Shown here: piece after piece, positions 20,201 through 38,326 of the stretch | Layout: every line of letters begins with the position of its first letter | Numbering within the stretch: the stretch's first letter is position 1 | Sequence record: OP870144.1 | DNA length: 64,000 bases | From: Escherichia phage vB_Eco_F25 | Direction: 5' to 3' (one strand) | Notes under the pieces: model-generated | What the model was told of the DNA's origin: nothing | Seen by the model: the letters and a program-made list of their open reading frames with translations, nothing else | Databases searched by the model: none | Made by a program: the position numbers and the translations under genes

Positions 20201-20393
20201 TAATGCTGAAAATAATAATTCAATATTTCAAGGTCAATTGCCTTCTGAACGACGTAAATTAATGAGTCCTCTATTTGATGCATCTGGAACAACATTTGCA
20301 CAATTTAGGGATTTAGTTAATAAACGTCTAAAAGATAATATAGGAAATCCAAGAGACCCTGAAAATCCAACACAGGTTAAAATAGATGAATGA
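17295..20393 (+). CDS. 7: Baseplate wedge protein gp7
   Basis: 1032 aa, T4 gp7 length and order. Confidence 0.9.
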   Translation: MTVKAPSVTSLRISKLSANQVQVRWDDVGANFYYFVEIAETKTDSGENLPSNQYRWINLGYTANNSFFFDDADPLTSYIIRVATAAQDFEQSDWIYTEEFETFATNAYTFQNMIEMQLANKFIQEKFTLNNSDYVNFNNDTIMAALMNESFQFSPSYVDVSSISNFIIGENEYHEIQGSIQQVCKDINRVYLMESEGILYLFERYQPVVKVSNDKGQTWKAVKLFNDRVGYPLSKTVYYQSANTTYVLGYDKIFYGRKSTDVRWSADDVRFSSQDITFAKLGDQLHLGFDVEIFATYATLPANVYRIAEAITCTDDYIYVVARDKVRYIKTSNAPIDSDPLSPTYSERLFEPDTMTITGNPKAVCYKMDSIGDKVFALIIGEVETLNANPRTSKIIDSADKGIYVLNHDTKTWKRVFGNTEEERRRIQPGYANMSTDGKLVSLSSSNFKFLSDNIVNDPETVVKYQLIGAVKYEFPREWLADKHYHMMAFIADEKSDWETFTPQPMKYYAEPFFNWSKKSNTRCWINNSDRAVVVYADLKYTKVIENIPETSPDRLVHEYWDDGDCTIVMPNVKFTGFKKYASGMLFYKSSGEIISYYDFNYRVRDTVEIIWKPTGIFLKAFLQNQERETPWSPEEEHGLADPDLRPLIGTMMPDSYLLQDSNFEAFCEAYIQYLSDGYGTQYNNLRNLIRNQYPREEHAWEYLWSEIYKRNIYLNADKRDAVARFFESRSYDFYSTKGIEASYKFLFKVLYNEEVEIEIESGAGTEYDIIVQSDSLTEDLVGQTIYTATGRCNVTYIERSYSNGKLQWTVTIHNLLGRLIAGQEVKAERLPSFEGEIIRGVKGKDLLQNNIDYINRSRSYYVMKIKSNLPSSRWKSDVIRFVHPVGFGFIAITLLTMFINVGLTLKHTETIINKYKNYKWDSGLPTEYADRVAKLTPTGEIEHDSVTGEAIYEPGPMAGVEYPLPDDYNAENNNSIFQGQLPSERRKLMSPLFDASGTTFAQFRDLVNKRLKDNIGNPRDPENPTQVKIDE

Positions 20394-21390
20394 TTCAAGT
20401 GTTATCTATCGTGCGATAGTTACTTCAAAATTTAGAACAGAAAAAATGTTGAATTTTTATAATTCAATTGGAAGTGGTCCGGATAAAAACACTATCTTTA
20501 TTACATTTGGAAGATCAGAACCGTGGTCATCAAACGAAAATGAGGTGGGATTTGCCCCACCTTATCCCACCGATTCTGTGTTAGGTGTAACTGACATGTG
20601 GACTCATATGATGGGAACCGTGAAGGTTCTTCCATCTATGCTTGATGCAGTTATTCCTCGTCGTGATTGGGGAGATACTAGATATCCGGATCCATACACA
20701 TTTAGAATTAACGATATTGTAGTGTGTAACTCAGCTCCTTACAACGCTACCGAATCAGGCGCAGGCTGGTTAGTATATCGTTGTTTAGATGTTCCTGATA
20801 CCGGAATGTGTTCAATTGAGTCTTTAACTAATAAGGATGAATGCCTTAAGTTAGGTGGAAAATGGACTCCTTCTGTTAGGTCAATGACTCCTCCTGAAGG
20901 TCGAGGAGACGCGGAAGGAACAATCGAACCTGGAGACGGGTATGTATGGGAATATCTTTTTGAGATTCCGCCTGATGTATCTATAAACAGATGCACGAAT
21001 GAATATATCGTGGTTCCTTGGCCTGAGGAATTAAAAGAAGATCCGACTAGATGGGGGTATGAAGATAACCTCACTTGGCAGCAAGATGATTTTGGATTAA
21101 TTTACCGGGTTAAGGCAAATACTATTCGTTTTAAAGCATACTTAGATTCAGTTTATTTTCCTGAAGCTGCATTGCCAGGAAATAAAGGATTTAGACAAAT
21201 ATCGATAATCACGAATCCTCTTGAAGCTAAAGTTCATCCAAATGACCCAAACGTTAAAGCTGAAAAGGATTACTATGATCCGGAAGATTTAATGAGGCAT
21301 TCGGGCGAAATGATTTATATGGAAAATAGGCCACCTATTATTATGGCAATGGATCAAACGGAAGAAATCAATATTCTGTTTACATTTTAA
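20386..21390 (+). CDS. 8: Baseplate wedge protein gp8
   Basis: 334 aa, T4 gp8 length and order. Confidence 0.9.
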   Translation: MNDSSVIYRAIVTSKFRTEKMLNFYNSIGSGPDKNTIFITFGRSEPWSSNENEVGFAPPYPTDSVLGVTDMWTHMMGTVKVLPSMLDAVIPRRDWGDTRYPDPYTFRINDIVVCNSAPYNATESGAGWLVYRCLDVPDTGMCSIESLTNKDECLKLGGKWTPSVRSMTPPEGRGDAEGTIEPGDGYVWEYLFEIPPDVSINRCTNEYIVVPWPEELKEDPTRWGYEDNLTWQQDDFGLIYRVKANTIRFKAYLDSVYFPEAALPGNKGFRQISIITNPLEAKVHPNDPNVKAEKDYYDPEDLMRHSGEMIYMENRPPIIMAMDQTEEINILFTF

Positions 21391-21393
21391 ATT

Positions 21394-21420
21394 AAGGGAG
21401 CCCATGGGCTCCCTTTTTCT
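21394..21420 (+). terminator. Rho-independent terminator after gene 8
   Basis: Hairpin GGGAGCCC/GGGCTCCC followed by TTTTTCTTT. Confidence 0.5.
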
Positions 21421-21421
21421 T

Positions 21422-21429
21422 TATAAATA
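21422..21429 (+). promoter_or_regulatory. Late promoter TATAAATA for gene 9
   Basis: TATAAATA about 25 nt upstream of the gene 9 ATG. Confidence 0.5.
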
Positions 21430-21453
21430 CTATAAACTCATAAGGAAACCGCT

Positions 21454-22320
21454 ATGTTCATTCAAGAACCAAAGAAATTGATTGATACCGGCGAAATTGG
21501 TAACGCTTCTACTGGTGATATCTTATTCGACGGTGGTAATAAAATTAATAGTGATTTTAATGCAATTTATAACGCGTTTGGCGATCAGCGTAAAATGGCA
21601 GTAGCAAATGGTACTGGTGCTGACGGCCAAATTATCCATGCTACTGGATATTATCAAAAGCATTCTATCACAGAGTACGCAACTCCGGTGAAAGTTGGTA
21701 CTAGACATGATATTGATACCTCTGCTGTAGGTGTTAAAGTTATCATTGAAAGAGGCGAACTTGGTGATTGCGTTGAATTTATTAACTCAAATGGATCTAT
21801 ATCAGTTACCAATCCTTTAACGATTCAAGCGATTGATTCAATTAAAGGTGTTTCAGGTAATTTGGTAGTAACTAGCCCATATAGTAAAGTTACTTTACGT
21901 TGTATTTCATCTGATAATTCTACGTCAGTTTGGAATTATTCTATTGAAAGTATGTTTGGCCAAAAGGAATCACCGGCTGAAGGTACATGGAATATTTCTA
22001 CATCCGGATCAGTTGACATTCCATTATTTCATCGTACTGAATATAACATGGCTAAATTGTTAGTTACTTGCCAATCGGTAGATGGAAGAAAAATTAAAAC
22101 AGCAGAAATAAATATTCTTGTAGATACTGTTAATTCAACGGTCATTTCTTCTGAATATGCTGTCATGCGGGTTGGGAATGAAACCGAAGAAGACGAAATC
22201 GCTAATATTGCATTTAGTATTAAAGAAAATTATGTAACGGCGACTATAAGTTCTTCAACTGTCGGTATGAGAGCAGCAGTTAAAGTTATCGCTACGCAGA
22301 AAATCGGGGTGGCTCAATAA
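21454..22320 (+). CDS. 9: Baseplate protein gp9 (long tail fibre socket)
   Basis: 288 aa, T4 gp9 length and order. Confidence 0.9.
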   Translation: MFIQEPKKLIDTGEIGNASTGDILFDGGNKINSDFNAIYNAFGDQRKMAVANGTGADGQIIHATGYYQKHSITEYATPVKVGTRHDIDTSAVGVKVIIERGELGDCVEFINSNGSISVTNPLTIQAIDSIKGVSGNLVVTSPYSKVTLRCISSDNSTSVWNYSIESMFGQKESPAEGTWNISTSGSVDIPLFHRTEYNMAKLLVTCQSVDGRKIKTAEINILVDTVNSTVISSEYAVMRVGNETEEDEIANIAFSIKENYVTATISSSTVGMRAAVKVIATQKIGVAQ

Positions 22321-24125
22321 TGAAACAAAATATTAATATCGGTAATGTTGTTGATGATGGTACCGGTGACTACCTGCGTAAAGGTGGTATAAAAATAAAT
22401 GAAAACTTTGATGAACTTTATTATGAACTTGGTGATGGAGATGTTCCATATTCAGCCGGTGCCTGGAAAACTTATGATGCTTCATCTGGACAAACACTAA
22501 CGGCAGAATGGGGAAAATCATACGCTATTAATACCTCTTCTGGAAGAGTAACTCTACAACTTCCTAAAGGAACTGTTAATGATTACAACAAGGTAATTAG
22601 AGCTAGAGACGTATTCGCTACATGGAACATCAATCCAGTTACTTTAGTAGCTGCTTCCGGAGATACAATTAAAGGGTCGTCATCGTCAGTTGAAATTAAT
22701 ATTCAATTTAGTGATTTAGAGCTCGTTTATTGCGCTCCAGGACGTTGGGAATATGTCAAAAATAAACAAATTGACAAAATTATTAGTTCAGATATTAGTA
22801 ATGTAGCTCGCAAAGAATTTTTAGTCGAAGTTCAAGGGCAAACAGACTTTTTAGATGTTTTCAATGGAACTAGTTATAATGTCAATAACATCAGAGTAAA
22901 ACATCGTGGTAACGAATTGTATTACGGTGATGTATTTAGCGAAAATAGTGACTTTGGCTCTCCGGGCGAAAATGAAGGCGAATTAGTTCCTCTTGATGGA
23001 TTTAATATTCGATTAAGACAGCCTTGTAATATTGGTGACACCGTTCAAATTGAAACATTTATGGATGGTGTATCACAATGGAGAAGTTCATATACAAGAC
23101 GCCAAATAAAAGTACTAGATTCAAAACTAACATCAAAGACTTCTTTAGAAGGAAGCATTTATGTTACTGATTTATCGGCGATGAAATCAATTCCATTTTC
23201 TGCATTTGGATTAATTCCTGGTGAACCCATTAATCCTAATTCTCTTGAGGTTCGTTTTAATGGAATTTTACAGCAGCAGGCTGGAACCGCTGGATATCCT
23301 CTGTTTTTGTGTGAAGGCGCTAGTTCAGATACGCGAGAAGGTTGTATATCTCTTGGTGGTGAATGGAAAGAATCAAACACAGATTATTCTATAGAATATG
23401 AAGATGGAAAACCTACCAATCTTTTATTTGATAGAAAATTTGAATCAGGTGATATAATCGTTATAACGTGGTTCAATAATGATTTAGGAACTCTTTTAGA
23501 AAAAGATGACATTATTGAATTAACGGATGACCGTTATGTTAGCAAAGGATCATCTACCGAAGTTACTGGTGATGTAGCCTTAACAGATTTTGATAAAATC
23601 GGTTGGCCAAATGTTGAAAAAGTTGATTCTTATACTAGAATGTATAATTCAATATCATCTATTTTCGACAGCATTTATCCTGTTGGTTCAATTTATGAAA
23701 ATGCTATAAATCCAAATAATCCGGTGACTTATATGGGATTTGGTTCATGGAAATTATTTGGTAAAGGACAAGTTTTAGTAGGATGGAATGATGATGTTAC
23801 GGATCCAAACTTTGCTTTAAACAATAATGATTTAGATTCTAGCGGAAATCCTTCACATACTGCCGGTGGAACAGTTGGAACAACATCAGTAACACTTGAG
23901 AATGCAAATCTTCCTGCGACTAAAACCGATGAAAGAGTTTTAATTGAAGACGAAAACGGATCAGTTATTATTGGAGGTTGCCAATATGACCCAGATGAAA
24001 CTGGTCCTATATATACAAAATACCGTGAAGACTACGCAACAACAAACTCTTCACATACTCCTCCTGCTAATATTAGTAATATTCAACCGTCTATTACTGT
24101 ATACCGTTGGATAAGGATTGCATAA
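22320..24125 (+). CDS. 10: Baseplate wedge protein gp10
   Basis: 601 aa (T4 about 602), order 9-10-11. Confidence 0.9.
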   Translation: MKQNINIGNVVDDGTGDYLRKGGIKINENFDELYYELGDGDVPYSAGAWKTYDASSGQTLTAEWGKSYAINTSSGRVTLQLPKGTVNDYNKVIRARDVFATWNINPVTLVAASGDTIKGSSSSVEINIQFSDLELVYCAPGRWEYVKNKQIDKIISSDISNVARKEFLVEVQGQTDFLDVFNGTSYNVNNIRVKHRGNELYYGDVFSENSDFGSPGENEGELVPLDGFNIRLRQPCNIGDTVQIETFMDGVSQWRSSYTRRQIKVLDSKLTSKTSLEGSIYVTDLSAMKSIPFSAFGLIPGEPINPNSLEVRFNGILQQQAGTAGYPLFLCEGASSDTREGCISLGGEWKESNTDYSIEYEDGKPTNLLFDRKFESGDIIVITWFNNDLGTLLEKDDIIELTDDRYVSKGSSTEVTGDVALTDFDKIGWPNVEKVDSYTRMYNSISSIFDSIYPVGSIYENAINPNNPVTYMGFGSWKLFGKGQVLVGWNDDVTDPNFALNNNDLDSSGNPSHTAGGTVGTTSVTLENANLPATKTDERVLIEDENGSVIIGGCQYDPDETGPIYTKYREDYATTNSSHTPPANISNIQPSITVYRWIRIA

Positions 24126-24784
24126 TGAGTTTACTTAATAATAAAGCGGGAGTTATTTCCCGCTTAGCAGATTTTCTTGGTTTTAGAACTAAGAAAAATG
24201 ATATTTCGGTTATGAATAATCAGCCAGTAGGTGCTGTAACAATTTCACAAATAGCAAAAGGTTTTTATGACCCAAATGTAGAATCTGCTATCAATGATGT
24301 TAGAAATATGGCAGAGCAACAAGTTGGAGCTGTATTAGTTAATATAAGCGGTGTATCTCCTACTGGCGTGCAGCAAACAGACTATTGGTCATTTGAAGGA
24401 ACTGTCAATGATACTTCAGCCAAACCAGGTGACCCAGTTATTGTTAACATGTTTGGCATTCCTGTTAAAGCTACTAACGGAATGACTTCAATCGAATTTA
24501 CCAGTGCCGTTAGAACAGCTCTGCAGGAAATGGTTGCAAAATTTATTGCAATTGATTCATTTGAAGACCATCCTACCATAGGAAATAAAATACAAGTTAA
24601 GTATTTAGATAACCAAGAACATATCTTAGAACAATACTCTGATAAAGGAATTACTTTCAAACAAGAAATAATTTCTCCTTCTAAACCTGGATACGGAACT
24701 TGGCAATTATTAGGTGCGCAAACTGTCACGCTAGATAGTCACACACAACCTACGGTATTTTATTATTTTGAGAGAATAGCATGA
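24125..24784 (+). CDS. 11: Baseplate wedge / short-fibre attachment gp11
   Basis: Track ORF trimmed to ATG giving [20 protein letters not shown]..., 219 aa as T4 gp11. Confidence 0.85.
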   Translation: MSLLNNKAGVISRLADFLGFRTKKNDISVMNNQPVGAVTISQIAKGFYDPNVESAINDVRNMAEQQVGAVLVNISGVSPTGVQQTDYWSFEGTVNDTSAKPGDPVIVNMFGIPVKATNGMTSIEFTSAVRTALQEMVAKFIAIDSFEDHPTIGNKIQVKYLDNQEHILEQYSDKGITFKQEIISPSKPGYGTWQLLGAQTVTLDSHTQPTVFYYFERIA

Positions 24785-26337
24785 GTAACAATACATATCA
24801 GCACGTATCAAATGAATCAAAATATGTTAAATTCGATCCAGTAGGATCGAATTTTCCTGACACTGTCACGACAGTGCAGTCTGCATTATCAAAAATAAGT
24901 AATATCGGCGTAAATGGTATTCCTGATGCAACTATGGAAGTTAAAGGAATAGCAATGATTGCGTCAGAGCAAGAAGTTTTAGATGGAACTAATAATTCTA
25001 AAATCGTTACGCCAGCTACATTAGCAACAAGATTACTATATCCAAATGCTACTGAAACTAAATATGGTTTAACGCGTTATTCAACAAATGAAGAAACATT
25101 AGAAGGCTCAGATAATAATTCATCAATAACGCCGCAAAAACTGAAATACCACACTGACGATGTGTTCCAAAATAGATATTCGTCTGAGTCATCAAACGGG
25201 GTTATTAAAATATCATCTACACCTGCAGCTTTAGCTGGAGTTGATGATACTACGGCAATGACTCCATTAAAAACACAAAAACTTGCAATAAAATTAATTT
25301 CACAAATAGCTCCTTCCGAAGATACTGCATCAGAATCTGTGAGAGGTGTAGTTCAATTATCTACTGTTGCGCAAACTCGTCAAGGAACTCTCCGCGAAGG
25401 ATATGCAATTTCTCCGTATACCTTTATGAATTCTGTTGCAACACAAGAATATAAGGGTGTTATACGTTTAGGAACACAATCGGAAATTAACAGTAATTTG
25501 GGAGATGTTGCAGTAACGGGCGAAACACTAAATGGTCGAGGAGCTACTGGTTCTATGCGTGGAGTAGTTAAATTAACGACGCAAGCCGGTATTGCCCCTG
25601 AAGGTGATAGCTCTGGAGCATTAGCATGGAACGCAGATGTAATTAATACTCGTGGTGGACAAACTATTAATGGTTCTTTAAATTTAGACCATCTTACAGC
25701 AAATGGAATTTGGTCACGCGGCGGTATGTGGAAAAATGGCGATCAACCTGTTGCCACTGAAAGATATGCGTCCGAAAGGGTTCCAGTTGGAACTATTATG
25801 ATGTTTGCGGGTGATTCAGCACCTCCGGGTTGGGTTATGTGCCACGGCGGAACCGTGTCAGGAGATCAATATCCTGATTATAGAAACACAGTTGGAACAA
25901 GATTTGGTGGTGATTGGAATAACCCTGGCATTCCTGATATGCGAGGTCTTTTCGTCAGAGGAGCTGGCACAGGAGGTCATATTTTAAATCAACGAGGACA
26001 AGATGGTTACGGGAAGGATAGACTTGGTGTAGGATGTGACGGAATGCATGTTGGTGGTGTTCAGGCACAACAAATGTCATACCATAAACATGTTGGTGCC
26101 TGGGGGGAAAATGGAAATAACAGAGGTTATGCACCGTTTGGCGCATCTAATGGCAGTGGATATTTAGGCAATGGTAGAAGCGCCGACTGGGACAACCATT
26201 TGTTCTTTACTAACGACGGATTTGAAATGGGTGGTGCTCGTGACTCGTTTGGCACGTTAAACCGTGAAGGATTAATTGGTTATGAAACTAGACCATGGAA
26301 TATATCATTAAACTATATTATTAAAATTCATTACTAA
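24781..26337 (+). CDS. 12: Short tail fibre gp12
   Basis: 518 aa; repetitive N-terminal region; C-terminal His-rich [11 protein letters not shown] segment; order 11-12-wac. Confidence 0.9.
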   Translation: MSNNTYQHVSNESKYVKFDPVGSNFPDTVTTVQSALSKISNIGVNGIPDATMEVKGIAMIASEQEVLDGTNNSKIVTPATLATRLLYPNATETKYGLTRYSTNEETLEGSDNNSSITPQKLKYHTDDVFQNRYSSESSNGVIKISSTPAALAGVDDTTAMTPLKTQKLAIKLISQIAPSEDTASESVRGVVQLSTVAQTRQGTLREGYAISPYTFMNSVATQEYKGVIRLGTQSEINSNLGDVAVTGETLNGRGATGSMRGVVKLTTQAGIAPEGDSSGALAWNADVINTRGGQTINGSLNLDHLTANGIWSRGGMWKNGDQPVATERYASERVPVGTIMMFAGDSAPPGWVMCHGGTVSGDQYPDYRNTVGTRFGGDWNNPGIPDMRGLFVRGAGTGGHILNQRGQDGYGKDRLGVGCDGMHVGGVQAQQMSYHKHVGAWGENGNNRGYAPFGASNGSGYLGNGRSADWDNHLFFTNDGFEMGGARDSFGTLNREGLIGYETRPWNISLNYIIKIHY

Positions 26338-26346
26338 GGATTACAA

Positions 26347-27804
26347 ATGATTGAATTAAAAGAGTTACCTTTTGTTGATAGCGTTCCTGGCGAAGGCCAG
26401 GAACGTATTTCATGGATTAAAAACGGTGAAGAAATACTAGGAGCTAGTACTAAGTATGGAAGCGATGGGTCAATGAATAGACCAACTGTTTCCGTGTTTA
26501 AAAATGTCGAGGTTCTCGATGAAAATGTAGGAATTCTTAAAACTGCCATTGAAACATCTCAGGAAGATATTAAAACCATTCAAGGCATTTTAGATGTATC
26601 AGGAGATATAGAAGCGCTATCACAGATCAGTGTTAATAAAAATGATATATCAAATTTAAAGACACTCACGAATGAACATACTGATATATTAAATGGCACA
26701 AATACTACGGTTGATAATATTCTTTCTGATATTGGTCCATTTAATTCGCAAGCAAATTCAGTTTATAGAACGATTAGAAATGATTTATTATGGATTAAAA
26801 GGGAATTAGGACAATATGCTGGGCAAGACATTAATGGTCTTCCTGTTGTAGGAAATAGCAGCACGGGTATGAAGCACCGCATCATTAATAATACAGATGC
26901 TATAACTTCCCAAGGAATACGTCTAAGTGATTTGGAAGAAAAATTTATTGAATCTGATGTAGGTTCACTGACAATTGAAGTCGGAAATCTTAGACAAGAA
27001 CTTGGACAAAGACCATCTTCATTCAGTGAAAGCATATATTCACGTGTTCATAATTTAGATCAATCGCAGATTAATCTTAGTTCCGAAATTAAATCTATCA
27101 AAACTTCTATTGGATATCCAGGAAATACTTCAATAATCACAGATGTTAACACTAATACGCGAGAAATTTCAGCTTTAAATGATGAACTAAATAAAAGCGG
27201 AGGTATTAAACAACGATTGACTGTCATTGAAACATCAATTGGCTCAGATGATATTCCTTCTAGTATTAAAGGTCAAATTAAAGATAATACCACATCAATT
27301 GAGTTTTTAAATGGAATTGTTGGTGAAAACACTTCATCTGGACTACGAGCAAACGTTTCATGGCTAAACCAAATCGTTGGAACTGATTCTAGTGGAGGTC
27401 AGCCTTCTCCTCCTGGGTCTCTTTTAAATAGGGTTTCAACTGTTGAAACTTCAGTTAATAGACTGAACAATGATGTTCAAAACTTACAAGTTGAAATTGG
27501 TAATAACACTACTGGAATTAAAGGCCAAGTTGTTGCACTAAATAAACTAGTAAGCGGCACAAATCCAAATGGTTCAACGGTAGAAGAGCGCGGATTAACT
27601 AATTCAATAAAAGCTAATGAAACTAACATTTCTTCTATTAATCAAGAAATGCGTAGTATTAAAAGTAATGTATCTTCATTACAGGGGGATGTTCAGACTT
27701 TACAGGAAGCAGGTTATATCCCTGAAGCTCCAAAAGATGGCCAAGCTTACGTTCGTAAAGACGGCGAATGGGTACTACTTTCTACCTTTTTATCACCAGC
27801 ATAA
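26347..27804 (+). CDS. wac: Fibritin (whisker antigen control)
   Basis: 485 aa coiled-coil with C-terminal foldon [27 protein letters not shown]. Confidence 0.95.
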   Translation: MIELKELPFVDSVPGEGQERISWIKNGEEILGASTKYGSDGSMNRPTVSVFKNVEVLDENVGILKTAIETSQEDIKTIQGILDVSGDIEALSQISVNKNDISNLKTLTNEHTDILNGTNTTVDNILSDIGPFNSQANSVYRTIRNDLLWIKRELGQYAGQDINGLPVVGNSSTGMKHRIINNTDAITSQGIRLSDLEEKFIESDVGSLTIEVGNLRQELGQRPSSFSESIYSRVHNLDQSQINLSSEIKSIKTSIGYPGNTSIITDVNTNTREISALNDELNKSGGIKQRLTVIETSIGSDDIPSSIKGQIKDNTTSIEFLNGIVGENTSSGLRANVSWLNQIVGTDSSGGQPSPPGSLLNRVSTVETSVNRLNNDVQNLQVEIGNNTTGIKGQVVALNKLVSGTNPNGSTVEERGLTNSIKANETNISSINQEMRSIKSNVSSLQGDVQTLQEAGYIPEAPKDGQAYVRKDGEWVLLSTFLSPA

Positions 27805-27836
27805 CATGGGGCCGCAAGGCCCCAAAGGATTTTTAA

Positions 27837-29538
<1,702 letters not shown>

Positions 29539-29579
29539 TAAATATTATAAACTAATTAAAGCCCAGATTAGGAGAAATC

Positions 29580-32717
<3,138 letters not shown>

Positions 32718-32748
32718 ATATATTAAAGCATATTAAAGAGGATTAAAA

Positions 32749-34728
32749 ATGACTTTATTATCTCCGGGCATTGAGCTCAAAGAAACTACGGTTCAAAGCA
32801 CCGTTGTTAATAACTCTACTGGTACAGCAGCTTTGGCCGGTAAATTCCAGTGGGGTCCTGCTTTTCAGATTAAACAGGTTACAAATGAAGTAGATTTAGT
32901 TAATACTTTTGGTCAACCTACAGCTGAAACTGCTGATTATTTTATGTCTGCAATGAATTTCTTACAATATGGAAATGATTTGCGAGTTGTGCGTGCTGTC
33001 GATAGAGATACCGCTAAAAACTCATCTCCGATTGCTGGTAATATTGAATACACTATTTCAGCCCCAGGTAGTAACTACGCGGTTGGAGATAAAATCACGG
33101 TTAAGTATGTTTCAGAAAATGTTGAAACAGAGGGTAAAATTACCGAAGTAGATGCTGATGGAAAAATTAAGAAAATTAATATTCCTACCGCAAAAATTAT
33201 CGCTAAAGCGAAAGAAGTCGGTGAATATCCAGCATTAGGTTCTAACTGGACCGCGGAAATTTCTTCGTCTTCCTCTGGTTTAGCTGCAGTAATAACTCTT
33301 GGAAAAATTATTACTGATTCCGGTATTTTATTAGCTGAAATTGAAAATGCTGAAGCTGCTATGACAGCGGTTGACTTTCAGGCAAATCTCGAAAAATATG
33401 GAATTCCAGGAGTAGTAGCTCTTTATCCAGGCGAGTTGGGCGATAAAATCGAAATTGAAATCGTATCTAAAGCTGACTACGCAAAAGGTGCTTCTGCATT
33501 ACTCCCAATTTATCCAGGTGGTGGAACACGCGCATCTACTGCCAAGGCAGTGTTTGGATATGGACCACAAACTGATTCACAATACGCTATTATAGTTCGT
33601 CGTAATGATGCTATTGTTCAAAGCGTTGTTCTTTCAACAAAGCGTGGTGAAAAAGATATTTACGATAGTAACATCTATATTGATGACTTTTTCGCAAAAG
33701 GTGGTTCAGAATATATTTTTGCAACTGCACAAAACTGGCCAGAAGGCTTCTCTGGAATTTTAACTCTGTCTGGTGGATTATCATCAAATGCTGAAGTAAC
33801 AGCAGGAGATTTGATGGAAGCCTGGGACTTCTTTGCTGACCGTGAATCCGTTGACGTTCAGTTGTTTATTGCGGGTTCTTGTGCCGGTGAATCTTTAGAA
33901 ACAGCATCTACTGTCCAAAAACACGTCGTTTCAATTGGGGATGCTCGCCAAGATTGCTTAGTATTGTGCTCACCACCGCGTGAAACTGTAGTTGGAATTC
34001 CTGTAACTCGTGCTGTCGATAACTTAGTCAATTGGAGAACTGCAACGGGTTCATACACTGATAATAACTTTAATATCAGTTCAACCTATGCAGCAATTGA
34101 TGGTAACTACAAATATCAGTATGACAAATATAATGATGTAAATCGCTGGGTTCCATTAGCAGCTGATATTGCCGGTTTATGTGCAAGAACCGATAACGTT
34201 TCTCAGACTTGGATGTCTCCAGCTGGTTATAATCGCGGTCAGATTCTTAACGTTATTAAACTTGCTATTGAAACTCGCCAAGCTCAGCGCGACCGTTTAT
34301 ACCAAGAAGCTATCAACCCAGTAACTGGTACAGGTGGTGATGGTTACGTATTATATGGTGATAAAACAGCTACTTCTGTTCCTTCTCCATTTGATCGTAT
34401 TAACGTTCGTCGTCTGTTTAATATGTTGAAAACGAATATCGGACGTAGTTCAAAATATCGTTTGTTCGAATTAAACAACGCGTTTACTCGTTCATCATTC
34501 CGCACAGAAACTGCCCAATACTTACAGGGAATTAAAGCTCTCGGTGGAATTTATGAATATCGTGTAGTTTGCGATACAACAAATAATACTCCGTCAGTAA
34601 TTGATAGAAATGAGTTTGTTGCAACATTCTACATCCAACCGGCTAGAAGCATTAACTACATTACCTTGAACTTCGTAGCAACTGCTACTGGTGCAGATTT
34701 CGATGAGTTAACTGGTCTTGCAGGTTAA
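32749..34728 (+). CDS. 18: Tail sheath protein gp18
   Basis: 659 aa, T4 gp18 length and order. Confidence 0.95.
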   Translation: MTLLSPGIELKETTVQSTVVNNSTGTAALAGKFQWGPAFQIKQVTNEVDLVNTFGQPTAETADYFMSAMNFLQYGNDLRVVRAVDRDTAKNSSPIAGNIEYTISAPGSNYAVGDKITVKYVSENVETEGKITEVDADGKIKKINIPTAKIIAKAKEVGEYPALGSNWTAEISSSSSGLAAVITLGKIITDSGILLAEIENAEAAMTAVDFQANLEKYGIPGVVALYPGELGDKIEIEIVSKADYAKGASALLPIYPGGGTRASTAKAVFGYGPQTDSQYAIIVRRNDAIVQSVVLSTKRGEKDIYDSNIYIDDFFAKGGSEYIFATAQNWPEGFSGILTLSGGLSSNAEVTAGDLMEAWDFFADRESVDVQLFIAGSCAGESLETASTVQKHVVSIGDARQDCLVLCSPPRETVVGIPVTRAVDNLVNWRTATGSYTDNNFNISSTYAAIDGNYKYQYDKYNDVNRWVPLAADIAGLCARTDNVSQTWMSPAGYNRGQILNVIKLAIETRQAQRDRLYQEAINPVTGTGGDGYVLYGDKTATSVPSPFDRINVRRLFNMLKTNIGRSSKYRLFELNNAFTRSSFRTETAQYLQGIKALGGIYEYRVVCDTTNNTPSVIDRNEFVATFYIQPARSINYITLNFVATATGADFDELTGLAG

Positions 34729-34763
34729 TACGGTGCATTCTAAAGGCCTGTTTCGGCAGGCCA

Positions 34764-34830
34764 TATAAATACACTATATCCTTAATTCTTTAATTCTATA
34801 TGCCCTAGGTTAAACATAGGGATATAAATA
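34764..34830 (+). promoter_or_regulatory. Two late promoters (TATAAATA at 34764-34771 and 34823-34830), each preceded by a hairpin
   Basis: Exact TATAAATA twice between genes 18 and 19; hairpins GGCCTG-TTTCGG-CAGGCC and CCCTA..TAGGG. Confidence 0.45.
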
Positions 34831-34844
34831 CTACAGAGGCTAAT

Positions 34845-35336
34845 ATGTTTGTAGATGATGTAACACGAGCGTTTGAATCTGGTGATTTTGCTCGACCTAA
34901 CTTATTCCAAGTAGAAATTTCTTATCTTGGACAAAATTTTACGTTTCAATGCAAAGCCACTGCTTTACCAGCTGGTATTGTAGAAAAAATTCCAGTCGGA
35001 TTTATGAACCGTAAAATTAACGTAGCAGGCGATCGTACATTCGATGACTGGACTATTACAGTAATGAATGATGAGGCACATGATGCACGCCAGAAGTTTG
35101 TTGACTGGCAAAGCATTGCTGCTGGGCAAGGAAACGAAATTACTGGTGGAAAACCAGCAGAGTATAAAAAGAGTGCTATTGTACGCCAATATGCTCGTGA
35201 CGCTAAAACTGTAACAAAAGAAGTCGAAATTAAAGGCCTGTGGCCTACTAACGTGGGTGAACTTCAGTTAGATTGGGATTCAAACAATGAAATCCAAACC
35301 TTTGAAGTAACTCTTGCTCTCGATTATTGGGAATAA
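34845..35336 (+). CDS. 19: Tail tube protein gp19
   Basis: 163 aa, T4 gp19 length and order. Confidence 0.95.
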   Translation: MFVDDVTRAFESGDFARPNLFQVEISYLGQNFTFQCKATALPAGIVEKIPVGFMNRKINVAGDRTFDDWTITVMNDEAHDARQKFVDWQSIAAGQGNEITGGKPAEYKKSAIVRQYARDAKTVTKEVEIKGLWPTNVGELQLDWDSNNEIQTFEVTLALDYWE

Positions 35337-35368
35337 AATGAATGGGGAGAAATCCCCATCCTGCTTAA

Positions 35369-36993
<1,625 letters not shown>

Positions 36994-36994
<1 letters not shown>

Positions 36995-37233
36995 TGGAAG
37001 GTTTAATTGAAGCTATTAAATCAAACGACCTCGTAGCCGCTCGTAAATTATTTGCTGAAGCCATGGCTGCAAGAACGACTGATTTAATCAAAGAAGAAAA
37101 AATCACTATCGCTCGTAATTTCTTAATCGAAGGTGAAGAACCTGAAGATGAAGATGAAGATGATGACGAAGATAGCGATGATAAAGACGACAAAAAAGAC
37201 AAAGACTCTGACGAAGACGAGGATGATGAATAA
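36994..37233 (+). CDS. 67: Prohead core protein gp67
   Basis: 79 aa with highly acidic C-terminus; order 20-67-68-21. Confidence 0.85.
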
Positions 37234-37658
37234 TGATTCTAATCCCTGAAACTCATGAATTAGTTCTCGAGAATGTCGAAGCACTTATTCCTGAAGCACA
37301 GGGTCGCTTTGACGAGTTGTCTTCTGCTTTAAATAAAGACGATATAAATAAAATTATCGAGAATATGCTTGATGATGAAACTGATTTAGCGGTTGCATTA
37401 GCTTCTATTAATGAAAATATGCCGTTAAATGAATTCATCGTTAAACATGTTTCTGCCCGTGGTGAAATTACTCGCACTAAAGATCGCAAAACCCGCGAAC
37501 GTAATGCATTTCAAACTACCGGGTTGTCTAAAGCAAAACGTAGACAAATTGCTCGTAAAGCTACCAAAACGAAGATTGCCAATCCAGCAGGTCAATCTCG
37601 TGCTCAGCGTAAGCGTAAAAAAGCTCTTAAACGCCGTAAAGCATTAGGATTAAGCTAA
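37233..37658 (+). CDS. 68: Prohead core protein gp68
   Basis: 141 aa, basic C-terminus; T4 gp68 length and order. Confidence 0.85.
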   Translation: MILIPETHELVLENVEALIPEAQGRFDELSSALNKDDINKIIENMLDDETDLAVALASINENMPLNEFIVKHVSARGEITRTKDRKTRERNAFQTTGLSKAKRRQIARKATKTKIANPAGQSRAQRKRKKALKRRKALGLS

Positions 37659-38296
37659 TGAATGAACCCCAATTACTAATTGAAACTTGGGGTCAACCTG
37701 GCGAAATTATTGATGGCGTACCAATGCTTGAATCTCATGATGGAAAAGACTTAGGTTTAAAACCTGGTTTATACATCGAAGGAATATTTATGCAAGCGGA
37801 AGTCGTCAATAGAAATAAACGTCTTTATCCAAAACGCATATTAGAAAAAGCGGTAAAAGACTATATTAATGAGCAAGTTTTAACTAAACAAGCTCTCGGA
37901 GAATTAAATCATCCTCCACGCGCTAATGTTGACCCGATGCAAGCCGCTATCATTATAGAAGATATGTGGTGGAAAGGAAATGACGTATACGGACGAGCTC
38001 GTGTTATTGAAGGTGACCATGGTCCTGGAGATAAATTAGCAGCTAATATTCGTGCCGGATGGATTCCAGGAGTTTCTTCTCGTGGATTAGGTTCATTGAC
38101 TGACACAAATAAAGGTTATCGTATCGTAAACGAAGGATTCAAATTAACTGTAGGTGTTGATGCAGTATGGGGTCCAAGTGCTCCAGATGCATGGGTAACT
38201 CCTAAGGAAATTACAGAATCACAGACGGCGGAAGCCGATACAAGTGCCGATGACGCCTATATGGCTCTCGCAGAGGCCATGAAAAAAGCGTTATAA
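37658..38296 (+). CDS. 21: Prohead core protease gp21
   Basis: 212 aa, T4 gp21 length and order. Confidence 0.9.
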   Translation: MNEPQLLIETWGQPGEIIDGVPMLESHDGKDLGLKPGLYIEGIFMQAEVVNRNKRLYPKRILEKAVKDYINEQVLTKQALGELNHPPRANVDPMQAAIIIEDMWWKGNDVYGRARVIEGDHGPGDKLAANIRAGWIPGVSSRGLGSLTDTNKGYRIVNEGFKLTVGVDAVWGPSAPDAWVTPKEITESQTAEADTSADDAYMALAEAMKKAL

Positions 38297-38326
38297 ATAT
38301 TATTATCTAAACAACAGGACTACAAA

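Noticed and set aside
24382-24729. Antisense or alternate-frame track ORFs inside strongly supported conserved genes (for example 24382..24729 in gene 11, 20739..21074 in gene 8, 38488..38832 in gene 22, 39341..39745 and 39974..40255 in gene 23, 58550..58804 in alt, and many 60-110 aa others).
   Set aside because: Fully embedded in long conserved coding regions, no Shine-Dalgarno, odd composition; typical spurious six-frame ORFs.
37140-37233. GAAGATGA-type short tandem repeats at the 3' end of gene 67.
   Set aside because: In-frame coding for the acidic Asp/Glu tail typical of gp67; not a non-coding repeat element.
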